Shown here piece after piece: positions 55,384 through 64,000 of a DNA stretch of 64,000 bases. Location of the stretch: IMG/VR virus record IMGVR_UViG_3300025732_000019, one strand, 5' to 3'. How positions within the stretch are numbered: position 1 is the first letter of the stretch; every line of letters starts with the position of its first letter. The notes beneath the pieces are model-generated. The model searched no databases. It had not been told where the DNA came from and worked only from the letters and a program-made list of their open reading frames with translations. The DNA is from a virus. Made by a program: the position numbers and the translations under genes.

Positions 55384-55476
55384 GATCACCTTCGATGTCG
55401 TCACAGGCGCAGTCTTCCGTCGTATAAGACGCACAAGATTACAACGAACGATATTCACTCACTGAAGGAAAACGCT

Positions 55477-56376
55477 ATGTCGGCATCAAAGCTATTATCG
55501 ATTCTTCGAACCATTCGCGAAACTGAAGAAGATTTCAAAGGTGGTCAAACGACCAATGCCGCCTATGAAGACTGGAAAGAACTCAGCGAAGATGCCGAGT
55601 ATGACGGGCGTAGTGTTAGTCTCAACAAGCCTTTCCGCAGCAACGACGGCAAGCATAAGTTCTATGTCTACGTCAAGAACGACAAAGGCAATGTGATCAA
55701 GCTCGGGTTCGGCGATCCCAACATGGAGATCAAACGCGATGACCCCGACCGTCGCAAAGCGTATCGTGACCGACACAACTGCGACAACCCCGGGCCGAAA
55801 TGGAAAGCCGAATACTGGTCGTGCCGCATGTGGTCGGCGAAACCCGTGAGTAGTATTGCGGAAGCGATGTCGTCAATTCACCGTATCCATAATGGAGATG
55901 TGGTGCGCGGCACCTACATGAATGTGCCGTATACGGGCTTTGTGGCCACGCAGCGTGTGCACCCCACGAACCACGACATCCGCATCTTTACGGTGAAGCT
56001 GGATGCGCCGATTGTCGTGCATGGTGCTCACATGAATTACCTCACCATCAATGCGTCAGACAATCCCGCGTTGGCGAGTGATCATATTGCGCTTCGCGAA
56101 GCGCGGGAGACGTTTCAACAAAATCTTCCCCACCTCCCCATTTCAAAGCTGCAAGCGAAAGCGGTATTGATTGCCGTGCCCAAAAATCCCCATGCGGGTG
56201 ATGGAAGAGGGTTCTGGAAACTTGGCGATGCCGTATATCGCGCATCCGTTGACGGTGCGACAGATATTCACGGTGCCCCCATCGATAAGCGATGGGAGAG
56301 TTCGTATAGCCATTTTACGCGCTATTTTGATGCTGTGTACAGTCAACATTACGTGAAGACCCCGGAGTGGAAGTAG
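55477..56376 (+). CDS. Modular putative internal head protein
   Basis: LNKPFR...KFYVYVK...FGDPNM.IK.DDP.RRK..R.RH.C......YWSC.MW module plus further modules. Confidence 0.6.
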   Translation: MSASKLLSILRTIRETEEDFKGGQTTNAAYEDWKELSEDAEYDGRSVSLNKPFRSNDGKHKFYVYVKNDKGNVIKLGFGDPNMEIKRDDPDRRKAYRDRHNCDNPGPKWKAEYWSCRMWSAKPVSSIAEAMSSIHRIHNGDVVRGTYMNVPYTGFVATQRVHPTNHDIRIFTVKLDAPIVVHGAHMNYLTINASDNPALASDHIALREARETFQQNLPHLPISKLQAKAVLIAVPKNPHAGDGRGFWKLGDAVYRASVDGATDIHGAPIDKRWESSYSHFTRYFDAVYSQHYVKTPEWK

Positions 56377-56603
56377 TGCAGTCATTTCGAGCACACGTCG
56401 CAGAAGTCTCGCGACTGAAGCGGTTCTCGGTTGATTACATCTATCAGACCGCGACGGGCGGCCCGCATCGTACGCAATTGATTTCGACGAACACGCAACT
56501 CCCGAACCTTGCCACCAGCGAGACAGCAGTTTTGGCATGGCTGCGAAAGCGGCATGTTGGGTGTGAGATTACGATCATTTCCCTTGATTGGCAGAGTCTC
56601 TAA
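56376..56603 (+). CDS. Small protein with capsid-targeting-like leader
   Basis: GTG start overlapping upstream stop; QSFRAHVAE. Confidence 0.45.
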   Translation: MQSFRAHVAEVSRLKRFSVDYIYQTATGGPHRTQLISTNTQLPNLATSETAVLAWLRKRHVGCEITIISLDWQSL

Positions 56604-56609
56604 CTCCGC

Positions 56610-56748
56610 TTGACATCCGCATGTATGTGCGGTATACTTGCTTTCGTTGTTGGTGATGCGTTTTGAAATTTCCATTGCATGCCAACGTTGGCAGACGTGG
56701 TACAGAAGCAAAAGAATGCTTGACACCGACTCTGCAATGTGAGATAAT
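56610..56748 (+). promoter_or_regulatory. Tandem sigma70 promoters
   Basis: TTGACA(56610)-17-TATACT and TTGACA(56720)-17-GATAAT. Confidence 0.75.
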
Positions 56749-56824
56749 AGTTCTCATGGTGATGAACGAAAACACTGGCGACGGTTATCACCCTTCAAAC
56801 TTCAGAGCCAGTCACAAAGGTAAA

Positions 56825-57151
56825 ATGAATATGTCGAACACGTCAATGACCGCTACGCAGAAGCTGCTTTCCTACCTCAAGACCGGTCGCGATATTACCG
56901 CTGCACAGGCGCAGAGCCGCTTCGGTATCTCGAACGTTTCTGCTCGGGTGTCGGAGCTTCGCAAGGCGGGTTATTCGGTGTACCTGAACGAGAAGGTCAC
57001 GTCGAACGGCAAGACGATCAAGGCGTACCGCCTCGGTACTCCGACGCGTCGTCAGGTGGCGATCGCGAACTTCGTCGAGAGCAACCCGAACTTCTTCGGC
57101 AAGGCGTCGTGGATCGGTGACCGCGCCGCGCGTCTGATGAAGACCGTGTAG
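56825..57151 (+). CDS. Winged helix-turn-helix DNA-binding protein
   Basis: KLLSYLKTG..IT...A..RFGI....ARVSELRKAGY.V....YRLG. Confidence 0.82.
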   Translation: MNMSNTSMTATQKLLSYLKTGRDITAAQAQSRFGISNVSARVSELRKAGYSVYLNEKVTSNGKTIKAYRLGTPTRRQVAIANFVESNPNFFGKASWIGDRAARLMKTV

Positions 57152-57156
57152 TCATG

Positions 57157-57187
57157 ACGAGGGGCTTCGGCCCCTCGTTTTGTCTTT
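57157..57187 (+). terminator. Intrinsic terminator
   Basis: ACGAGGGGC-TTCG-GCCCCTCGT then TTTGTCTTT. Confidence 0.85.
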
Positions 57188-57247
57188 GCATCTCTGACGA
57201 GCCCGCAAGGGCGAAACATGCTGTGCACACACCAGCATGTCAGATGC
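57188..57247 (+). ncRNA. Hammerhead ribozyme, type I
   Basis: Stem I GCATCT/AGATGC, core CTGACGA, stem II GCCC-GCAA-GGGC, GAAA, stem III CATGCTG/CAGCATG, GTC cleavage triplet ending at 57241. Confidence 0.9.
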
Positions 57248-57422
57248 TGTTCAAGGGGTGTCGTATCCTCTTGAAGTGATATCGCGTGTTGCATACGAAC
57301 CAACCGTGATACCATAAGCCTCAATGACAGGAACGTTGGTGGTGACAGGCGTCATTGAGTATATAGAAACCATCGACGCCGTGGATGCGAGTGCACTTGC
57401 GCCACGGCGTTATTATTTTTTC
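57242..57422 (+). ncRNA. Unidentified structured RNA (kissing loop + pseudoknot + terminal hairpin)
   Basis: Four consecutive hairpins with two independent loop complementarities; ends in a U-rich run. Confidence 0.6.
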
Positions 57423-57427
57423 TCCCT

Positions 57428-58273
57428 ATGACGACCGCACACGACTATCTCTCACTCATTGGTGATTGGCAGGATCCACTTCCCACACCACATCTCGAAG
57501 AACACGATGGTGTCTTGGTGGTGCGCGACGATCTGCTCGGCGCAGGCTCTAAAGTGCGCTTTCTCGATTATCTCATCGGGCACGATCCATCGAACACTGA
57601 TGTGCGTGAATGGGTTTTCGGCTCATGCCCTGCGACGGGCTACGCGCAGATCAGTCTCCCCGTTGTCTGCGAACGATACCAGAAAAAGGCCGTGCTCTTC
57701 ATGGCGCAACGGGATCCTTCGAAGTTTCATCCATACCAGCATCGCGGTCTTGCGCTCGGCGCCGATTATCGATGGGTGCCAAACGGTATGCTCAGTGTGA
57801 CGCAGAAACGTGCCCGTGATTATGCGAACGACGACCCGATGCATCGTCGTGTGCTCCCTCTTGGGTTGGAGCATCCCACGGTGATCGCCAGCATCATTCG
57901 TGTTGCTCGGAGTCTTCCTATTGTACCTGACGTGGTGTGGACGGTGGGCTCCAGCGGAACACTCTCGCGTGGTCTACAACTTGCATGGCCAGACGCAGAG
58001 GTGCATGTCGTGTCAGTCGGTCACACCATGACGGATCACGAACGCGGTCGAGCGATTCTCCACCGCTCTCCCTACAAGTTTGATAAACCGGTACGCCCGG
58101 AAGATGCACCTCCGTTTCCGAGTGCGCCGACATATGATGCGAAAGCATGGCGGATACTGCTCGATTGGCGACATACTCGCACACAGACACTGACGGTGCC
58201 ATCATCCGGACGTGAAGGCGCATTAAATATTCTCGCACATCAGAAAATTCTTCTCTGGAATGTAGGAGCGTAA
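57428..58273 (+). CDS. PLP-dependent fold-type II enzyme (ACC deaminase/cysteine desulfhydrase-like)
   Basis: VVRDDLL..GSKVR, VGSSGTL.RGLQ, PTYDAKAW, LWNVG. Confidence 0.8.
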   Translation: MTTAHDYLSLIGDWQDPLPTPHLEEHDGVLVVRDDLLGAGSKVRFLDYLIGHDPSNTDVREWVFGSCPATGYAQISLPVVCERYQKKAVLFMAQRDPSKFHPYQHRGLALGADYRWVPNGMLSVTQKRARDYANDDPMHRRVLPLGLEHPTVIASIIRVARSLPIVPDVVWTVGSSGTLSRGLQLAWPDAEVHVVSVGHTMTDHERGRAILHRSPYKFDKPVRPEDAPPFPSAPTYDAKAWRILLDWRHTRTQTLTVPSSGREGALNILAHQKILLWNVGA

Positions 58274-58539
58274 TGCGAAAATACTTCACCCGACCGTGTT
58301 TAGAATTAGCAGGTATTGAATTCGCCAGTTACTTCATCATCACGCTGAATACACGAGCAATTGCCTCGGTGAACTATGTGGGTACATTGGTGACAGATAT
58401 TTGCATTGCGGGATTGACGTTCACCGCCGTCAAGCGAATCGCGGAGGCCTCGACACGCGAAGAACAAGTGATGTACGTCGTAGGTGCGGCGCTTGGTGCG
58501 CTGGCAGCGTTGTGGTGTTCGACATTTATTTTTTTGTGA
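58273..58539 (+). CDS. Small membrane protein
   Basis: Three hydrophobic segments, Y..GAALGA. Confidence 0.6.
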   Translation: MRKYFTRPCLELAGIEFASYFIITLNTRAIASVNYVGTLVTDICIAGLTFTAVKRIAEASTREEQVMYVVGAALGALAALWCSTFIFL

Positions 58540-58741
58540 TATAATTATTCTTGTAGCATCATGCTACAGCCGCGCGTCCGACAAGCACGAAAAGTGCCAT
58601 GATGTTCATTCATGCATTATTCGTGTGATGCGTTCCCACCGAGGCGAACCGTTCTGGTTCGCTTCATTCTTTATGTCTGCTATATAGCAGTGTATGTGGT
58701 AGAATGCGTTATGAATTGTTATTAACTTTTTGGAGTCTTAC

Positions 58742-59602
58742 ATGGCAAAGATTGAAGTACCGATTGAAGAAATCCGCAAGCGCAAATTATTCGTTGCGAC
58801 CCCAATGTACGGCGGCCAGTGCGCGGGCCCATACGCAAAGTCTTGTCTCGATCTGAATGCCGTGTGTATCAAATACGGTGTGCAAGTGCAGTTCTTCTTC
58901 CTTTTCAATGAAAGTCTCATCACTCGCGCTCGAAACTATCTGGTCGATGAGTTTCTCCGTAGTGATGCCACGCATCTGATGTTCATCGATAGTGATATCG
59001 ACTACAACCCGATGGATGTGATTGCCCTCCTTGCGCTGGATAAACCTGTCGCGGGTGGCCCGTATCCGAAGAAGACTATCGCATGGGAAAAGGTCTACGA
59101 CGCCGCGAAGCTCGGTCTTGCTGACGAGAATCCACTGCACCTTGAACAGTATTCCGGCGATTATGTGTTCAATGTCGCGCCCGGCACGAAGGAGATTCGC
59201 CTCGACGAGCCTGTTCCGGTGCTGGAAATCGGTACTGGTTTCATGCTGGTGCGCCGTGATGCATTCGAAAAGTATCGTGAGGCGTATCCAGACTACTCAT
59301 ACAAGCCGGATCACAACCGCACGAAGCACTTCGATGGAAGCCGTGAGATTCATGCGTTCTTCGATACCGTCATCGATCCCGAAACGCGGCGCTACTTGTC
59401 GGAAGACTACATGTTCTGCCAGTGGGCACGAAAGATCGGCATCGAGATCTATCTCTGCCCGTGGATGAAGCTGAAGCACGTGGGCACCTACGTCTTCGGT
59501 GGTTCTTTGGATGCCTTGGCAGGATTGTCGCACAAGCAGCAACAGCAGAACTTCTCCACGCCCGTCGCGAGAGACGCACAGGAAGTCATCAAGCGCGATT
59601 AG
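58742..59602 (+). CDS. GT-A-fold glycosyltransferase-like phage protein
   Basis: LFVATPMYGG, NESLITRARN, FIDSDI (DxD), GTGFML, YLSEDY.FC. Confidence 0.8.
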   Translation: MAKIEVPIEEIRKRKLFVATPMYGGQCAGPYAKSCLDLNAVCIKYGVQVQFFFLFNESLITRARNYLVDEFLRSDATHLMFIDSDIDYNPMDVIALLALDKPVAGGPYPKKTIAWEKVYDAAKLGLADENPLHLEQYSGDYVFNVAPGTKEIRLDEPVPVLEIGTGFMLVRRDAFEKYREAYPDYSYKPDHNRTKHFDGSREIHAFFDTVIDPETRRYLSEDYMFCQWARKIGIEIYLCPWMKLKHVGTYVFGGSLDALAGLSHKQQQQNFSTPVARDAQEVIKRD

Positions 59603-59624
59603 CGTCATTGGTGCGCATACGGTT

Positions 59625-60470
59625 ATGATGGAGACTCTGACGCATCCTGTGCAGGTTTTTGGGTTCTGTGGGTTCATTGGCAGCGGTAAGAATGCCGCTG
59701 CTAACGAATTGCTCACGCTCACCAACGGTAAGGAATTGAGCTTCGCTGGCCCACTCAAAGATGCGGTTGCGAAAATCTTTGGGTGGGAGCGGCACATGAT
59801 AGAAGGTGCCACGCCCGCATCTCGCGAATGGCGTGAGACAAAAGACGCGTACTGGTCTGACGTGCTGCGTCGCGATGTGACACCGCGTATGATCCTGCAA
59901 GAAGTTGGCACGAATGTGTTCCGCGAATATCATTCGTCAATCTGGCTCGCGGCCGCGGCGCGTCAACACACACCCCCCATCCCAAGCATCTTTACCGATT
60001 GTCGATTCGGAAACGAACTGCATTGGGTCACCACTCAACAGGGCATGAATATTTGGGTCTATCGACCCGATAGTTTTCCGTTCGATGAGACGACTAATGC
60101 CAGCATTCAAGCGCGGGTACAACGCCGAGATGGGTTGACGAACATGAACATCGACGTGCCCGATTTGCATCTCAGTGAATACGCATTTCTCTCGGAAGGT
60201 GCGCAATTCATTCATGTGGTGGTCGAGAACACAGGTTCCCTTGAAGATCTTCGCGCCGTGCTGTCATCCGTCTATCAGATGTCGCAAGCACCAGATTATC
60301 ACGGCATTCCGTGGCGTGAACGTACTGTGTATGTGCGTACCGAACCAACAGTTACCACAGAGAAAACTGTGTTATGGCAATGGAGGAATCCTGATGGTCG
60401 TATTGCGGGTGTGTTAGAAGCACCCCGATGGTTAGTAAATGATGAAGAAGTTTATGGTCATGGTGTATAA
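59625..60470 (+). CDS. gp1: Deoxynucleoside monophosphate kinase (gp1-like)
   Basis: CGFIGSGK..AA, SFA.PLKDAV..IFGW.R...EG.T..SREWRE, TPR.ILQ.VGT, DCRF.NE. Confidence 0.9.
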   Translation: MMETLTHPVQVFGFCGFIGSGKNAAANELLTLTNGKELSFAGPLKDAVAKIFGWERHMIEGATPASREWRETKDAYWSDVLRRDVTPRMILQEVGTNVFREYHSSIWLAAAARQHTPPIPSIFTDCRFGNELHWVTTQQGMNIWVYRPDSFPFDETTNASIQARVQRRDGLTNMNIDVPDLHLSEYAFLSEGAQFIHVVVENTGSLEDLRAVLSSVYQMSQAPDYHGIPWRERTVYVRTEPTVTTEKTVLWQWRNPDGRIAGVLEAPRWLVNDEEVYGHGV

Positions 60471-60512
60471 TGTCGTGTTAGTATTTCATGTAATTCATGT
60501 GAAGGAGAACCT

Positions 60513-61217
60513 ATGAGCAATGCCGTTGCAAGTGAAACCTATACGTTGACGGATACGACGCTGAAGATCCTGAAGAACTTTTCCGATATCGCGGAGTCTG
60601 CCTCTTTGGTGGAAGGTGACGTGCAGCGTACCACGCATCCCGCAAAGAGTTTGTTGGCGATTGCGACACTGGATACGCCATGGCCGAAGCAGACACCAAT
60701 CTATCAGTTGCGCGAATTCCTGTCGAACGTGTCTGCGTATGAGAAGCCGACGTTGACGTTCGAAGAGACGCAGTTTGTGATTCGTGGCGCGAATAGCCCG
60801 TCGCACGTGGAGTATCCGTATTCGGATCCGTCTGTCGTCATGGCACCACCGTCGAAGGAATTCGTCACATCGAATCCAAAGGCGAAGTTTACGCTGCCTG
60901 AGCATGCGGTGAAGGAAATCAAGAAGTTCTCCGGCATCAACAATCTGCCGACGATTGCGTTTGAGATCGGGAAGTCTTCAGTGATTGTGAAGCCGCATGA
61001 TGAAAAGAATTCTGCGTCTCGCGTGTATTCGTATCCCGTCAACACGAAGGATATCGAGACGTTGAGCGGCGACGAATTCTCCGCGACGATTCGTCGTGAA
61101 CTGTTTGATCTGATTCTGGATGGCACCTATCATGTGAGCGTGAGTTCGTGGCCGTACATCTACATGGAGCATACGACGCTGCCGATTGCGTATCTGATTG
61201 TGCGTAAAGCGCAGTAA
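60513..61217 (+). CDS. gp45: Sliding clamp gp45
   Basis: T..ILKNFS.I, IY.L.EFL, Y.YSDPS; synteny 45-44-62-regA. Confidence 0.88.
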   Translation: MSNAVASETYTLTDTTLKILKNFSDIAESASLVEGDVQRTTHPAKSLLAIATLDTPWPKQTPIYQLREFLSNVSAYEKPTLTFEETQFVIRGANSPSHVEYPYSDPSVVMAPPSKEFVTSNPKAKFTLPEHAVKEIKKFSGINNLPTIAFEIGKSSVIVKPHDEKNSASRVYSYPVNTKDIETLSGDEFSATIRRELFDLILDGTYHVSVSSWPYIYMEHTTLPIAYLIVRKAQ

Positions 61218-61223
61218 CGTCGC

Positions 61224-61316
61224 GCCCCTGTAGTGTAACGGTGAGCACCCGAGGCTTATACCCTCGCAGCCCTAGATGTGGGCGGAGTCTTGGTTCGAAT
61301 CCAAGCGGGGGTACCA
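61224..61316 (+). tRNA. tRNA-Ile(TAT) with long variable arm
   Basis: CGAGG-CT-TAT-AC-CCTCG, extra arm GCCC...GGGC, CCA. Confidence 0.8.
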
Positions 61317-61339
61317 TTTGATGATGAGAGGTGAGTATA

Positions 61340-62284
61340 ATGACGCGTGAGTTCTTTGTGTGGGTCGAGCGGTATCGACCCAAAACACTCTCGGAGTGTA
61401 TTCTTCCGCAATCGATCCTTCAAACGCTCGAAGGCATAAAAGCCATGAGCGATACTCCAAACTTGCTGTTGACGGGGAAACCGGGCACGGGTAAAACCAC
61501 CGTCGCCCGGGCCCTCGCCGCAGATCTTGGCATGGATACGTTAGTCATCAACGCGTCAGACGAAAACGGTATTGACGTGTTGCGCACGAAACTCAAAGAG
61601 TATGCGTCGTCGATGTCGCTGGATGGCAAGCGCAAGATGATTATTCTCGACGAAGCAGATTATTTGAATCCGCAATCGACGCAACCCGCACTGCGCTCGT
61701 TCATGGAAGAGTTCTCTTCCACGACCGTATTTGTGTTGACCTGCAATCACAGCAACCGCATCATTGCTCCGCTGCATTCTCGGTGCTCCGTTGTGAACTT
61801 CACCATTCCGAAGGCAGAACGTGCGAATCTGATGGCGCAGTTCGCAAAACGGGCGCTGGAGATTCTTGATACGGAGCACGTCACATACGACAAAGCTCTC
61901 GTACTGGAAGTGTTGCGTCTGTATTTTCCAGACTTTCGTCGTACCCTGAATGAACTTCAGCGATTCAGCGCGACAGGCGCATTGCAATCTGAGATTCTTG
62001 CACAGATTTCGGATAAAGATGTGATGACGCTGATGAAAGCCTTGAGCAGCGCGAACTTCGTCGCTGTGCGCAAGTGGATTAGCGATCACGAAGATGCGGA
62101 TGAAGCCGCGTTCTATCGCATGCTCTCAGAGACGGTGCCAAAGCATGTGAAGCCTGACGAACTTCCCAATATCATTCTGACGATGGCGGATTATAGCTAT
62201 CGTTCCGCGTTCGCTGCAGACAAGTCGCTCAACATGTTGGCATGTCTCGTTGAGATCATGTCGCATATCCATGTGACTGAGTAG
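61340..62284 (+). CDS. gp44: Clamp loader large subunit gp44
   Basis: WVERYRP, GKPGTGKTT, INASDE.GID, ILDEAD, SRC, FPDFRR. Confidence 0.95.
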   Translation: MTREFFVWVERYRPKTLSECILPQSILQTLEGIKAMSDTPNLLLTGKPGTGKTTVARALAADLGMDTLVINASDENGIDVLRTKLKEYASSMSLDGKRKMIILDEADYLNPQSTQPALRSFMEEFSSTTVFVLTCNHSNRIIAPLHSRCSVVNFTIPKAERANLMAQFAKRALEILDTEHVTYDKALVLEVLRLYFPDFRRTLNELQRFSATGALQSEILAQISDKDVMTLMKALSSANFVAVRKWISDHEDADEAAFYRMLSETVPKHVKPDELPNIILTMADYSYRSAFAADKSLNMLACLVEIMSHIHVTE

Positions 62285-62287
62285 TCT

Positions 62288-62701
62288 ATGGCACAGGGCC
62301 CATTTGAATATGTGGAAGCGGTGTCCCATTCCAAGAATGCGGCACTGCTTGACGCGCCAGATTTCGAGAAGCATTACATTCCCTTTCTGGTGAACCGCGC
62401 ATTCTCCTACCATCACGACACCGTGTTGGCGGCGAACACCATGAACGAGCGTTCATGGCTCGACAAACGTTTACAGTTTTTGTTTTTTCTAAATATTCTC
62501 CGACCGAGAAAACGCTACAGTAAGTGGCTCAAACATCAGGTGTCTGATGATGCGCGATTGGTTGGAGAATACTATGGTTGCAGTTTGCGCCATGCGATCA
62601 CTCTTCTACCCCTCCATACATCAGACCAGTTAACGATTATACGCCAGCGTCTTGATAAAGGCGGCATGGTTTCGACAAAGGGTCGAATGTATGGCACATG
62701 A
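62288..62701 (+). CDS. gp62: Clamp loader small subunit gp62
   Basis: Y.PFLVNRAFS...D...AN.MN, RPRKRYSKW.K, DKGG. Confidence 0.92.
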   Translation: MAQGPFEYVEAVSHSKNAALLDAPDFEKHYIPFLVNRAFSYHHDTVLAANTMNERSWLDKRLQFLFFLNILRPRKRYSKWLKHQVSDDARLVGEYYGCSLRHAITLLPLHTSDQLTIIRQRLDKGGMVSTKGRMYGT

Positions 62702-63131
62702 AAAATCATTACCTCCGCACATCGCCGCGATCATAGATCAATGCGTCGAAGTGCGCCTCACATCACCAGACAACTTCTTAAAAGTGAAAGAGACACTGAC
62801 GCGTATTGGCATTGCATCGCGCAAAGATAAGAAACTGTATCAGTCATGCCATATTCTACATAAGCAGGGGCATTACTATATCGTGCATTTCAAGGAACTG
62901 TTCTTGCTGGATGGAAAGATGCAGCAGACGGTATTCGACGATACAGATCGTGCTCGGCGCAATACGATTGCGAACATGCTACAGGAATGGGGCCTGATTA
63001 CCTTGGTGCAGCCCGCACGGGCGCAAGAGCCATTGCTACCAATGAATCAAATTGTGGTACTTCCCTTTCGTGAAAAAAACGAATGGGAGTTGGTCGCGAA
63101 GTATGAGATCGGAAAGCGTCGAACACCTTAA
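62691..63131 (+). CDS. regA: Translational repressor RegA
   Basis: FLKVKETLTRIGIAS...LYQSCHILHKQG.YYIVHFKELF.LDG. Confidence 0.96.
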   Translation: MAHEKSLPPHIAAIIDQCVEVRLTSPDNFLKVKETLTRIGIASRKDKKLYQSCHILHKQGHYYIVHFKELFLLDGKMQQTVFDDTDRARRNTIANMLQEWGLITLVQPARAQEPLLPMNQIVVLPFREKNEWELVAKYEIGKRRTP

Positions 63132-63138
63132 AGGAGCG

Positions 63139-63642
63139 ATGAATAGTATGGAGCGTTTACGAGTGATACCTATTCCAATCTTTACGCAAACTGTCATGAA
63201 TACGACAGCCGCGATTCCCTCTCGACAGACTACTGAAGCCTACGGATATGACGTGTGTGCATTTCTGCCAGAAGGAGATGTTTCACTTTCTCCTTTGCAA
63301 ATTGTGCGCGTTCGAACGGGGTTGCACGTGGCACTGCCAGAACATTCAAGTTTGCTAGTGTGTAGTCGTAGCGGTTTGGCGGCCAAAGGCGTGCAAGTCA
63401 TCAATGCACCCGGCATTATCGACAGTGATTACCGTAACGAAATTCAGGTGCTTCTAACGCTTATTGCACCTCCTGATGCTCCTGCATTTACTATTACGCA
63501 TGGTCAACGGATCGCACAGTTAGTATATCTTCCGGCATTTGGCATTCCAGACTTTGATGCTGTTACTGCGGCCGCATGGCAAGAACAGCTTCGCGCTCGG
63601 GAACTGTCGCGAGTCGGAGGGTTTGGCTCTACAGGTTCCTGA
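63139..63642 (+). CDS. dut: Trimeric dUTPase
   Basis: GYD, RSGLA, GIIDSDYR, RIAQ, RVGGFGSTG. Confidence 0.93.
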   Translation: MNSMERLRVIPIPIFTQTVMNTTAAIPSRQTTEAYGYDVCAFLPEGDVSLSPLQIVRVRTGLHVALPEHSSLLVCSRSGLAAKGVQVINAPGIIDSDYRNEIQVLLTLIAPPDAPAFTITHGQRIAQLVYLPAFGIPDFDAVTAAAWQEQLRARELSRVGGFGSTGS

Positions 63643-63644
63643 TC

Positions 63645-64000
63645 ATGGCGTTTACGTTAAGCGCGACAGGTTTCGATCTCCTCAAACAATTCGAGGGATG
63701 CCGATTGAAAGCCTATCAAGATTCCGCAGGCATTTGGACAATCGGCTACGGTACCGTACGACTCAACGGAAAGCCCGTAGTCGAGGGGCAACGATGTACG
63801 CAGCGCGAAGCCGAGGATGCATTACGAGAGTTTGTTGAGAAGACGGCACGACAACTCGAAGAACAAGTATCCGTGCCGCTTGCGCAAAACCAGATTGACG
63901 CGCTCATTTGCTTTTGCTATAATGTCGGAATATACGCATTTGCAAAATCGTCACTGCGAAGAGCGGTCAATAAGAACGCTCCAGTTTCCGAAGATCTTTT
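63645..64000 (+). CDS. Phage lysozyme GH24 (truncated by window end)
   Basis: MAFTLSATGFDLLKQFEGCRLKAYQDSAGIWTIGYG...QNQIDAL..F.YNVG. Confidence 0.92.
   Translation, partial: MAFTLSATGFDLLKQFEGCRLKAYQDSAGIWTIGYGTVRLNGKPVVEGQRCTQREAEDALREFVEKTARQLEEQVSVPLAQNQIDALICFCYNVGIYAFAKSSLRRAVNKNAPVSEDL

Noticed and set aside
57320-57411. Assignment to a known riboswitch or to pistol/twister/HDV-like ribozymes
   Set aside because: Conserved core nucleotides of those classes could not be matched by eye; left as unidentified
1-64000. Stop-codon recoding as in some large phages
   Set aside because: Conserved genes are full length in code 11 and end at TAA, TAG and TGA; no suppressor tRNA found

Overview
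A 64 kb piece of a large T4-like myophage genome in the standard genetic code. Layout: 1-24.8 kb is the baseplate/tail module (DUF4815-type virion protein, gp8, gp7, gp6, gp25, M15 peptidase, split gp5, hub, gp53, gp48, gp4, gp2, gp54, gp26/gp51, tape measure with a GH19-like domain). 24.8-30 kb holds a putative internal head polyprotein, a nuclease and two glycoside-hydrolase-like genes. 30.0-33.6 kb is a 29-tRNA cluster covering all 20 amino acids, with an HNH gene. 35-47.7 kb is an early region built from repeated palindrome+sigma70 promoter cassettes, mostly leaderless genes, and a wHTH-MoxR/VWA-peptidase locus. 48-59.6 kb has auxiliary and modification enzymes. 59.6-64 kb has gp1, gp45, tRNA-Ile(TAT), gp44, gp62, regA, dUTPase and a lysozyme. 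Host-like genes (DUF1552, OmpA lipoprotein, Tat-signal protein) suggest an Acidobacteriota-like host (inference). The strongest unexplained signals are RNA-level: (1) a canonical hammerhead ribozyme at 57188-57247 directly upstream of a ~180 nt RNA with a kissing loop and a pseudoknot; (2) a leader-peptide attenuator, boxA-like site and 18-bp long-range stem organising the tRNA array; (3) a slippery heptamer plus hairpin predicting a -1 frameshift that fuses gp26 to a start-less gp51. All family calls come from motif recognition by eye; no searches were run.
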